Below, piece after piece: positions 9,233 through 18,069 of a DNA stretch of 64,000 nucleotides. Source of the stretch: Candidatus Sericytochromatia bacterium (lineage in GTDB: Bacteria; Cyanobacteriota; Sericytochromatia; UBA7694); NCBI GenBank assembly GCA_963797915.1, contig CAWCRG010000010.1, positions 218,672 through 282,671 of the forward strand, given 5' to 3'. Position 1 is the stretch's first letter. Every line of letters begins with the position of its first letter. The position numbers and the translations under genes were made by a program. The notes beneath the pieces were generated by a model. It did not search any database. It saw only the letters and a list, made by a program, of their open reading frames with translations, and was not told the origin of the DNA.

Positions 9233-10418
9233 ACTTTTTTGCCTCGCGCTGTAAGCGATCTAAGCTTTTATCAATTTGACGGCGCAAAGATTCTCCCTGT
9301 AAAGTGCTCCCGTGTAAGGACTGGCTAAGTAAAAAGTTCATTTCTTGCCAAATATATTTCATCATGGGGTGATTGGGCATGGACACCGCCGTCTTCAGCT
9401 GTGCGCGAAACGCCTGTTTGTCTGCCGGTAAGGCTTCAGCCAACACTTTTTTATGCACCGGTAGATTGTCTAAGCCTGCTAAGGCCGCCTGCTGAACCGC
9501 TTCAGACATAAAAAAAGTGATGACCTCCTGCGCTGCCTCAGTATTTTCGCTGAACTGATTTAAGCCAAAGCCTTTGACTCCCACAAAAGGCACTGACGCT
9601 CCGGGGCAAGGGCTCTGTGGCAAAGGCGCAACCCCGTAAGAAAGCTGATTGTCGTCGAGTACACTCAAGGACCAGGGACCAGTAATCATGAGATCGGCCT
9701 GCTCAGAAGCAAACAAATTGACCATGGCCGAGTAACTTGAGCCGCGCGGCACAATATTTTTGTTTTGTAGGGTTTGTGCCCATTGAATGGAGCGGTATAA
9801 AGGCTCTTGGTCTATGGCCAATTTGCCCTGGGCGTTAAAAAGTTTTCCACCACAGGCATGAAACCAGGGCGCGTGATAGTAAAAATTACTGATATCATAA
9901 AGCAACGCGTAGGCACCCTGTGGATGGGGACTGGCCTGTAAACGAAAAAGGTCGGCGGGCTGAGTGGGCGGTGTTTTTACATGGGTTTTATTGTAAACCA
10001 AACCTATCGTTTGAAAGACAAAAGGCGCGCCGTATTGTCGCCCCCGATAACGCATACTCTCAAGAGCAGCCGGATCTAGCTCTTTACTCTCTAAAACCAG
10101 CGGGCGCAATAGGTTTTGCTCCACCAGTTCACCAATCCAATCATTGGCCATGTATAAAATATCGGGCTCACGGGTTTCTCCCACCTGCCCCTGAAAGCGA
10201 GGCTTCAGGTTATCAAAAGAGATAAAGCGCAATTTTAAGCGGTACTGAGGATATTCTTCGCGAAGTTTTTGCGCCATTTTCTTAAAATAGCGGATTTCTT
10301 TATCATTGGTGTCCAACCAAAGCGTCAACTCTAACGGGCGGGGAGTCACCGTGGAGCAGCTGGCCAGAAAAAGAGCGACCATTAGCGTAGAAAAGATCTT
10401 GATATAGATATATTTCAT
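9219..10418 (-). CDS. extracellular solute-binding protein, family 1 (sugar-type ABC SBP) lipoprotein
   Basis: 399-aa ORF with lipobox 'LFLASCST'. 'ANDWIGELVEQNLLRPL...YGAPFVFQTIGLVYNK' is a family-1 SBP pattern. The stop overlaps the cyclase start by 14 nt. Confidence 0.7.
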   Translation of the reverse strand: MKYIYIKIFSTLMVALFLASCSTVTPRPLELTLWLDTNDKEIRYFKKMAQKLREEYPQYRLKLRFISFDNLKPRFQGQVGETREPDILYMANDWIGELVEQNLLRPLVLESKELDPAALESMRYRGRQYGAPFVFQTIGLVYNKTHVKTPPTQPADLFRLQASPHPQGAYALLYDISNFYYHAPWFHACGGKLFNAQGKLAIDQEPLYRSIQWAQTLQNKNIVPRGSSYSAMVNLFASEQADLMITGPWSLSVLDDNQLSYGVAPLPQSPCPGASVPFVGVKGFGLNQFSENTEAAQEVITFFMSEAVQQAALAGLDNLPVHKKVLAEALPADKQAFRAQLKTAVSMPNHPMMKYIWQEMNFLLSQSLHGSTLQGESLRRQIDKSLDRLQREAKKYDAL

Positions 10419-10495
10419 GAATACTCCCCATTATAACACCGGGATTGAGGCTTGCTTGGTGGTGTTGACACCACTGAAATAAACGGCAAAAAAAC

Positions 10496-11437
10496 TCAAG
10501 CGCTAACCTGATTGTCTTTACTCATACGCAGATACAGGAGGGAGAACAAGGCCAGTATAACCAAGATAACGACGGCATAAGCACAGGCCAGGCCGTACTC
10601 GCCCCGCACAAAGAAGGCTTTAAAGGCAAAGGTGGCCAAAATGTCGGTGTGAGGATTATCCTGGGTCACCAGATAAATAATATTAAACATATTAAAGGTC
10701 CACACAATGCCCAGTAATACCGTGACCATCGCCACCGGCTTGAGCATGGGCAGGGTGACCGACCAAAACTGACGCCAGCGACTGGCTCCATCAATCTGAG
10801 CGGCTTCATAGAGTTCATCGGGAATACCCTGTAGCCCCCCCAGGAGGGTAATCATCATAAAAGGCACACCCAACCAAATATTGGTGGTGACAACGGCGAA
10901 CATTGACCAAAAGACGTCAGACAGCCAGGAGATGCGGGCCAAACCCATCGCTTCTAGAATATAGTTAAAAAAGCCGTAATCTCCGTTAAACATCCAGCGC
11001 CAGGAAAAGGCCGTAATATAGGAGGGCACAGCCCAGGGAATCAATAAAAGCGCGCGCCATAGTCCCTTAAGCCGCAATTGCTGATTCAAAATCAACGCCA
11101 GCCCCAAACCAAACACAAAGTGAAAAAACACGTTAAAAAATGTCCAGGTCAGCGTTTGACCAAAGACTTTCCAAAAGCTCTGGCTTTTAAACACCTTACG
11201 GTAATTTTCAAACCCCACATACTTTACCCCGGCAGCTTCCTGCCGGGTGGTGATCTTTACGGCCCCATCGGGCATGCGCTCGGTCACCCGAAAGGTGCGC
11301 GGATACGCGTTGCGTTGGGTGATATTTTGAAAACTAAAGTTCACCCCCATAATCAAGGGAACAAAAACCAGAAGCAGCATCATGCTCAAGCCAGGGAATA
11401 AAAACAGATAGGGCGTCGACTTTTTAACTTTGAGCAT
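10496..11437 (-). CDS. ABC transporter permease, MalF/UgpA-like (binding-protein-dependent transport inner membrane component)
   Basis: 313-aa ORF with 6 TM segments and the EAA loop 'EAAQIDGASRWRQFWSVTLP'. Its start overlaps the upstream SBP stop (TAATG). Confidence 0.8.
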   Translation of the reverse strand: MLKVKKSTPYLFLFPGLSMMLLLVFVPLIMGVNFSFQNITQRNAYPRTFRVTERMPDGAVKITTRQEAAGVKYVGFENYRKVFKSQSFWKVFGQTLTWTFFNVFFHFVFGLGLALILNQQLRLKGLWRALLLIPWAVPSYITAFSWRWMFNGDYGFFNYILEAMGLARISWLSDVFWSMFAVVTTNIWLGVPFMMITLLGGLQGIPDELYEAAQIDGASRWRQFWSVTLPMLKPVAMVTVLLGIVWTFNMFNIIYLVTQDNPHTDILATFAFKAFFVRGEYGLACAYAVVILVILALFSLLYLRMSKDNQVSA

Positions 11438-12705
11438 TAACGGGTCTCCAGGAGATCTTCCCAGGCTTTTTTGACTTCATTTAAAGCTGCCTGGGGTGTT
11501 TTTTCGTCAAGTAGGGCCGCCTGGTAAGCCGGCTTTAGGTCAATGAAAATAGCGCCCGCCTGGGGAATCACCGGACGGGTATTGGCCGCGTCTAGAACAT
11601 ATTTAAAGTCCTGAATAATCCGATTGGCTTTAACTTCTGGCAGATTATAAGTGCTTTGGCGGGTGGGCAGTAGATTGTTTTTAAGGGCAAAACGCGCCTG
11701 ATGCTCTGGCCGCGATAAAAAGTCAATCAAGTCCCAGGAGGCAAAGGCTTTTTGCGTATCGGCAGACACCACATAATTATGCCCGCCAGTGGGTGAGCCG
11801 TAACCACCAGGACCGGCGGGAATACGGGTGATACCCAAATTGTCTGGGTTGGTGAACTCAGGGCCTTTTAACGCATCAGCAGTAGACCATGGGCCATTAA
11901 TGATCATCGCGTATTCTCCGTTTTTAAAGCCAATCATCATATTGTCATAGTCATTGGCAAAATCCACCGAAGGCGGCACAATCTTGTGCTTGTCGCGTAA
12001 ATCTTTAAGAAATTGCAGGGCCTCTACGGCTGGGGGTTCAGCAATTTTGACGGTCAGTGTATCGCTATCGATCAGATCGCCACCGAAGGCCCACACAAAA
12101 GGCGTGTACCAGTAAGGATCACCCCGATAGAAAAAGCCGTACTTATTCTGCTCAGGACGGGTAATTTGCTTACCCACTTCCACCAATTCATCTAAAGTTT
12201 TGGGGGGTTCGGCGATCATCTGCTTATTATAAAAAAAGGCCAGGCAGTCGGTCACCTGAGGAACGCCCCAAAGATGGTCTTTGTAACGGGCATAACGCAA
12301 AGCAGCAGGCAAATAATCTTGCTGGGCGGTTTCATCTAAAAATGCGTCAAGGGAGAGTAAATAGCCCAGTGAGGCCAGCTCCGTAGTCCAGGATATTTCT
12401 GAGCGAAAGACATCAGGAGCCTGTCCCGCCTGAGCAACGGTCTTGTATTTGTTTAGCGCATCAGAAAACGGCACCTGCTGAAGATCCACCGTAATATGAG
12501 GATATTCTGCTTTAAACTCTGAAAGCACCTGCGTTAGCGTCGTGGTTTCATCGGCATTAAAAGTGTGCCAAAAAGAAATCGTGACAGGGTCTGTATTGCG
12601 TTGAAGCACGACGTCAGCCCTATTTTCGGTATTGTCACTTGGCTTACAGCTCAAAATCGACATCAGAAAAAACACGTAGAAAAAAGACACATACTTAGAG
12701 TTCAT
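11437..12705 (-). CDS. extracellular solute-binding protein, family 1 (ABC transporter SBP) lipoprotein
   Basis: 422-aa ORF with lipobox 'LSCKPS' and 'DVFRSEISWTTELASLGYLLSLD...WGVPQVTDCLAFFYNK'. Confidence 0.8.
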   Translation of the reverse strand: MNSKYVSFFYVFFLMSILSCKPSDNTENRADVVLQRNTDPVTISFWHTFNADETTTLTQVLSEFKAEYPHITVDLQQVPFSDALNKYKTVAQAGQAPDVFRSEISWTTELASLGYLLSLDAFLDETAQQDYLPAALRYARYKDHLWGVPQVTDCLAFFYNKQMIAEPPKTLDELVEVGKQITRPEQNKYGFFYRGDPYWYTPFVWAFGGDLIDSDTLTVKIAEPPAVEALQFLKDLRDKHKIVPPSVDFANDYDNMMIGFKNGEYAMIINGPWSTADALKGPEFTNPDNLGITRIPAGPGGYGSPTGGHNYVVSADTQKAFASWDLIDFLSRPEHQARFALKNNLLPTRQSTYNLPEVKANRIIQDFKYVLDAANTRPVIPQAGAIFIDLKPAYQAALLDEKTPQAALNEVKKAWEDLLETR

Positions 12706-12879
12706 GCCTTACAGTATACTGCCATTTCTTGAGAAAACAAAGCGCCCCCTAAGGTTTGTCCTGTGCCCATTCCTGTTCATCAAAACCTCACTTTCAGAGG
12801 GGCATAATGAGAATTCACAGCCCCCCAGAAAACGGCGCAGAGACATCGCAAAATGAGCCATGTCTCTGCGCCTGGACTT

Positions 12880-14549
12880 TTATTGGGCAACGGGCTCCCG
12901 TAGGGCACGGCGCAACACCTTACCCACATTGGTTTTAGGCAGCTCATCTTTAAACTCCACCACCTTGGGAACCTTATAACCGGTGAGGTGCTCTTTACAG
13001 TGAGAAATCACTTCTTGCTCTGTTAAGCTTGCGTCGTTTTTCACCACACACACCTTAACGATCTCTCCTGACTTCTCATGGGGAACACCAATGGCAGCAA
13101 CCTCAAGAACCTTGGCATGCATGGCCACCACGTCTTCAATTTCATTGGGATAAACGTTAAAACCGGAAACCAGAATCATGTCTTTTTTGCGATCCACAAT
13201 GGTGGTAAAGCCGTTTTCGTCTATACAGCCAATGTCACCACTTTTAAACCAGCCGCCTTCTAACATCACGTTGGCCGTTTCATCCGGGCGTTTCCAATAG
13301 CCCTTCATCACTTGCGGTCCACGAATACAAATCTCACCCGGCTCACCTATCGGCACTTCTTTCCCATCATCGTCACGAATAGAAATCTCTGTGGAGGGCA
13401 CGGGCAGGCCGATGGTTCCGTTATAATCGGGAATATTTAAAGGGTTAATACAAGCTGCTGGAGACGTTTCCGTCAGGCCATAAGCCTCTACCAGGGTAAC
13501 ACCTGTTGTCGCTTTCCATTTCTGAGCCACCGCTTTTTGAACGGCCATTCCCCCACCAAGGGTAAGACGAAAGGCACTAAAATCCAGTTTTTTAAAGTCT
13601 TCATTATTCACTAACGCATTGAAAAGCGTATTGACGCCGGTAAAGGTGGTGAATTTGACCTTAGACAGCTCTTTAACAAAGCCAGGAATATCGCGGGGAT
13701 TCGTAATTAGAATGTTTTCAGCCCCAATATTACTGAAAATAATGCAGTTGGCCGTGAGTGAAAAGATGTGATACAGCGGTAGGGGAGTAATAATAATTTC
13801 TTCGCCCTCACGAATGGCGTCCTTAATCCAGGCTTTGGCCTGAAGCACGTTCGCAATAATATTACGGTGGGTCAAAATAGCACCTTTTGAAACCCCGGTT
13901 GTACCGCCTGTGTACTGTAAAAGGGCAATGTCTTCATTCACAATATCGGGCGACTTATACGCCATACCCTGGCCTTTTTTTAGCGCATCTTTAAAAGAAA
14001 GTGCGCCGTGTAGGTGAAAGGGAGGAACCATTTTTTTGACATGTTTGACCACCGTGTTCACCAGGAGGGATTTCGGAAATTTTAACAAATCGCCCAGTTG
14101 CGTTGTTAAAATATGCTGAACCGGGTTTCTTTTACCACATCAGCCAGTACCGAGCAAAAGTTTTCCACAATAATAATGGCTTTTGCTTCAGAGTCATTGA
14201 GTTGATGCTTCAGCTCACGGGCCGTATAAAGGGGGTTAATATTGGTGACCACCAAACCTGCCCGCAAAATGCCAAAGAAGCAAATGGGGTACTGTAAAAT
14301 GTTTGGCATCATAATGGCTACGCTATCGCCTTTTTTTAAGCCGAGCCCCTGAAGCAAATAACTCGCAAAGGCCTTGCTATACGTGTCAATTTCGGCATAG
14401 GTGAGTGTCGTACCCATATTCGTAAAAGCGGGTCGCTGTGCAAACTTTTTAAAGCTGCCTTCAAATAATGCGTTAATAGAATCATACGCATCGGGGTCAA
14501 TCGTCGCGGGAATACCTGCAGGGTAGTGTTCAATCCAAGGTTTTTGCAT
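12880..14549 (-). pseudogene. fadD: long-chain-fatty-acid--CoA ligase (FadD-like), reading frame broken at about 14088-14108 (probable indel in an A/T run)
   Basis: The 147-aa N-terminal ORF (14106-14549, 'ILRAGLVVTNINPLYTAREL') and the 402-aa C-terminal ORF (12880-14088, 'LQYTGGTTGVSKGAILTHRN' AMP-binding motif) are collinear parts of one FadD-like protein. They are separated by a stop next to TTAAAAT/GAAATTTTAAC runs. Confidence 0.7.
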
Positions 14550-14639
14550 GAAATGTGTCCTTCTGTCGTGAAGATAATATATTCCATTCTACAACCTGTT
14601 GCACAAAAGTCCTAAAAAATTAAAAATGTTAAATATGAA

Positions 14640-15418
14640 TTAGGCAACGACATGTTCAGAGCCCACAACTTCTGTGAGAATCAACGGTTTCTGCTTTGTG
14701 ATAATCATACTGTGTTCAAACTGTACCGTTTGAAAACGCTTTGCCGTATACAAGGTCCAGCCGTCATCGGCTTCTTCTACCTGATGGGCGCCATTTGAAA
14801 TAAAAGGTTCGATGGTAATCACCATGCCTTCTTTTAAACGGCGTTTGTCCTGGCGGTCGTAATAGGGCGCAATAAACTTGGGGGCCTCGTGTAGGCTTAA
14901 GCCCACCCCGTGGCTTCCGAGGTTGCGTATAAAGGTATACTCTCGTTTCGCGCCTCCTCAGAAATAACACGGCCAATCTCGTTGATTTTAGCCCCCGCAG
15001 TGGCCACCTCCATGGCCAGCGCTAAAATATCTCGGCCCGCTTGTAAAAGGCGCGCCTGGGATGGCGTTGGTTTTCCCACACAGAAACTGGTGCCCGTATC
15101 CCCAAAGAAACCATTTTTTTCTGCAGACACGTCAATATTAACCATATCCCCCGCCTGGATTACATAATCTCCGGGAATACCATGAGCCACCTGGTGATTG
15201 ACGGAAATACAGGTCGCCCCGGGGAACTTATACATAACCTGAGGGGCGGAGCGCGCCCCCGCTTCGGTGAGCCATTGCAAGCCCAGAGCGTCGAGTTCAG
15301 CGGTTGTCATACCCGGTTTCAGCGCTTCTCCCATACGCTGAAGTACCTGAGCAACAATTTTGCCGATATCTTGAAGCGCTACGCGCTCACTTTCGTGGGT
15401 AACAATCATGACGTTCAT
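14640..15418 (-). pseudogene. map: type I methionine aminopeptidase, reading frame broken at about 14935-14965 (probable indel)
   Basis: The N-terminal 173-aa ORF (14897-15418) ends '...GRVISEEARNE'. The Map core 'EYTFIRNLGSHGVGLSLHEAPKF...MVITIEPF' continues in another frame (14640-14906). Map is essential, so a sequencing or assembly indel is more likely than real decay. Confidence 0.7.
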
Positions 15419-15495
15419 CCTTAAATTGGAAAGGATTTATTTAAGCATCTTAGCCGATGACAATACGCTTCAACGAGGTAAAAAACGGACAATGA

Positions 15496-16275
15496 TTAAA
15501 CAGCGTAACGCGCTGAAAACTGCTGAAGAGACGTATCGCAAACCTGGCGAAAGGTTTTGTAAAAGTGGGCAGTGTCGGTGTAATAGTTTAAAAGCCGATG
15601 ATTTTGCGGACGATCAGACTGCCATCGAAGGCGCAATGCCTGGCGCAAACGCACCTGGCGCTGAGCACTTTTGGGAGAGAGCAACAAGACCGCTTGAAAA
15701 TACCGCCGTAGGGTACGGGGGGTTACGCCCAAACGATCGGCAACATCGTTGACGGAAGCGTTTTCAGGGTTTTCAAACGCTTTTAAAGCCTGCTGGCAAA
15801 TCCATAAGCGCTCCATTGCCGTCGCCGAGCCAGAGGCCTGATCAACAGCACCCTTAAAATAATGGTTAAAACGCTCGACCTGCTGTGCAAAAAAAGCAAG
15901 CGCCGTCGTCTTAGCCACAGAGGAAAGCTGCGCTTGTAAATGAGATTGAAAACCATCAGGTAAATCCCTTAAAGAAAAATGAACCCCGGGTTGAAAACGC
16001 ACACCCAACGCAAAGGTTTGGCAGGGATAAACAAAGTGGGTCACACGAGATAAGGGCAAACGCTCAAGCCCTTGAAAGTGTGACAGTGTCTGTGTAAATA
16101 CCCACTCCGAAGCCAGGCGCGGAAAATGACACTCAGAAACATCATCGCCAAGGGCTTCATAGGTATTTAAAAACCAATAGTGTTCGATCCAGTGTGAAAG
16201 CGTCTCCGGAGGCCTGATGTGTTGGTAATAAGAGGCAAAGTGATCTTGATGTAATAATTCAGCGCGGTGTACCAT
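15496..16275 (-). CDS. AraC-family transcriptional regulator
   Basis: 259-aa ORF with a C-terminal double HTH 'VNDVADRLGVTPRTLRRYF' ... 'LNYYTDTAHFYKTFRQV'. Confidence 0.7.
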   Translation of the reverse strand: MVHRAELLHQDHFASYYQHIRPPETLSHWIEHYWFLNTYEALGDDVSECHFPRLASEWVFTQTLSHFQGLERLPLSRVTHFVYPCQTFALGVRFQPGVHFSLRDLPDGFQSHLQAQLSSVAKTTALAFFAQQVERFNHYFKGAVDQASGSATAMERLWICQQALKAFENPENASVNDVADRLGVTPRTLRRYFQAVLLLSPKSAQRQVRLRQALRLRWQSDRPQNHRLLNYYTDTAHFYKTFRQVCDTSLQQFSARYAV

Positions 16276-16286
16276 CCCCAGCAGCC

Positions 16287-18020
16287 CTAAGGGGTAGGAG
16301 CGCCATACACCACCCAGGTGGCGAAGGTCTCTGAAATTTTGAGGTTCCGCGATACATAGTTCCCCGGAAACGCTTTGACATAATTTAAGAAGGCCATGAG
16401 ATCTTCTTCTACGATATTGTCCATCACTTCATTCAAGGGAATATTCGCGTAAGGGCCTTCCTGGGCTGGCGGGATCGCACCGGCACGGGTGGCACACTCT
16501 CGAATCGCCCAGAGCGCAGCCTCCATCGCCGCAGGGTCCACAATCATTTTGCTGACTTTATATTGGCTATTGGCGTATTTAGCGAAATCGAAGAGCGGTT
16601 GATCGTAGTTATCGGTAAACTCCACATTCAGCTCTTGCAGATCAGCGAAGCTGACGGGCGCATAGCGAGGGGCTTCTGGAGGGGGAGCGTACTGTGGGTC
16701 ATTGGGATACCCTCCCGGAGCAGCACCTGGTTCACCCAGTCCGTGTTGATAAGGTACAGCAAGAGGGCTGCGCTGCTTAAGCTGATTCATAAACCCTTTA
16801 TAGGCAAGGGTTGCGGCTTCTTTCATCTCTTTTTGCACCGAATTTTGCAAATCTAAAACCACATCGGTGTAATAGGTTATTTTTTCAGTCAGCAATTTCC
16901 ATTTGGACTTGAGTTTTAAGAATAAATCATAAACACCGGCTACAGGTCCCAGCATTTGTATCAGAGGAGATTGCGCGCCCATTTGTGCCCCATACATTCT
17001 GGCGGGCTGAGCCCCCGAAGGAAGGTGTGCAGGATTCAGGTATTGCGAGCGCTGCTGAGACGGCGCTGGATCATAGGGTGACTCTTCGGAGTCGGTGGCA
17101 AACACCTGACCTTCACCAATAATTTCAGCATAATAATCGCGCACGGTTTCAATTTTACGCTTGCGCTTGGGAATCTCTTGAGGCGCTGGCTCCTGATCGT
17201 AATACCCCTGATCACCATACCCCTGATCGCCCTGGTAGTAATGATAATTCCCTTCATTATCATAATAGCCTTGCTGATCGGCATTGGCGTCATACGGCTG
17301 CTGTTGATCATATCCAGGCTGATTATAATCATAGCCCTGCTGACTGTAGTCGTAGTTTTGCCCCTCGTAACCCTGCTGGCTATAATCGTAATTTTGCCCC
17401 TCGTAACCCTGAGCTCCCGCATTGGCATCATAGCCCTGCTGGCTATAATCATACCCTGGCTGTTGGTTATCGTAGCCAGGCTGATCGTGACCCGGTTGTT
17501 CGTAGCCAGGCTGTTCGTAACCTGGCTGGCTGTAATCGTAACCCGCCTGAGCTTCAGGGTGTTGAGCATTCGCATGGGCATCGTAGCCCTGTGAGGTATC
17601 GTAGCCTTGCGCGCTATAGTCATAATTTTCTTGTGCTGTATAATCTGGCTGTGGGGCGTTAGGGTCATACGGCTGTTGCTGATCATAACCCTGTTGCTGA
17701 TCATAACCCTGTTGACTATCGTAACCTTGCTGAGCATCATACTGGCCATAATCATAGTCCTGAGGGGTTTCATAGCCCGCCTGCGCATAAGAAGAAGAAG
17801 CATCTGGCTGGGGCTGCTGTGCCGCACGCTGCTGATGCTCATAAGCTGTATCACTTAAGCTCAGAGAGCTGGTGACACGATAGGAAGTCACCCCATCACC
17901 GCGGGCGCGACGTTTTTTGCGATTTGATTGATTATCCACAGCTTTATTATACCGTTTTAGCACCTTGAAACACCAGTAACCAAGTAGGGCTTCACGAAGC
18001 TTCTTATTGACGATTCCCAC
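16287..18020 (-). CDS. hypothetical protein with ~210-aa Q/G/Y/D-rich pentapeptide-repeat low-complexity region (QQGYD-like repeats), basic N-terminus, globular C-terminal half
   Basis: 577-aa ORF with a GTG start at 18018-18020; no internal Met candidate was found until far downstream. Residues ~64-275 read 'GYDSQQGYDQQQGYDQQQPYD...QGYEGQNYDYSQQGYEGQNYDYSQQGYDYNQPGYDQQQPYD'. Confidence 0.55.
   Translation of the reverse strand: MGIVNKKLREALLGYWCFKVLKRYNKAVDNQSNRKKRRARGDGVTSYRVTSSLSLSDTAYEHQQRAAQQPQPDASSSYAQAGYETPQDYDYGQYDAQQGYDSQQGYDQQQGYDQQQPYDPNAPQPDYTAQENYDYSAQGYDTSQGYDAHANAQHPEAQAGYDYSQPGYEQPGYEQPGHDQPGYDNQQPGYDYSQQGYDANAGAQGYEGQNYDYSQQGYEGQNYDYSQQGYDYNQPGYDQQQPYDANADQQGYYDNEGNYHYYQGDQGYGDQGYYDQEPAPQEIPKRKRKIETVRDYYAEIIGEGQVFATDSEESPYDPAPSQQRSQYLNPAHLPSGAQPARMYGAQMGAQSPLIQMLGPVAGVYDLFLKLKSKWKLLTEKITYYTDVVLDLQNSVQKEMKEAATLAYKGFMNQLKQRSPLAVPYQHGLGEPGAAPGGYPNDPQYAPPPEAPRYAPVSFADLQELNVEFTDNYDQPLFDFAKYANSQYKVSKMIVDPAAMEAALWAIRECATRAGAIPPAQEGPYANIPLNEVMDNIVEEDLMAFLNYVKAFPGNYVSRNLKISETFATWVVYGAPTP
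17198..17831. repeat. imperfect tandem 15/18-nt coding repeats (encode Q-Q-G-Y-D units)
   Basis: Visible direct repeats such as GCTGGCTATAATCGTAATTTTGCCCCTCGTAACCCTG recur within the 16287-18020 CDS. The antisense ORFs in this region are artefacts of the repeat. Confidence 0.7.
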
Positions 18021-18069
18021 CGAAGGTTCGCTATACTGTTTTTTACTAGTAACTCACAGGACAGTATTT

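Noticed and set aside
15408-15752. 114-aa plus-strand ORF overlapping the AraC regulator gene
   Set aside because: The overlap is almost complete, there is no RBS, and the composition is odd. The minus-strand AraC ORF has a clear double-HTH domain signature.
17036-17858. Antisense and alternative-frame ORFs (272 aa, 138 aa, 83 aa) rich in I/L/R/T
   Set aside because: They are artefacts of the tandem coding repeat in the 16287-18020 gene. Their compositions are the mirror-frame products of the Q/G/Y/D repeats, with no starts or ribosome-binding sites.
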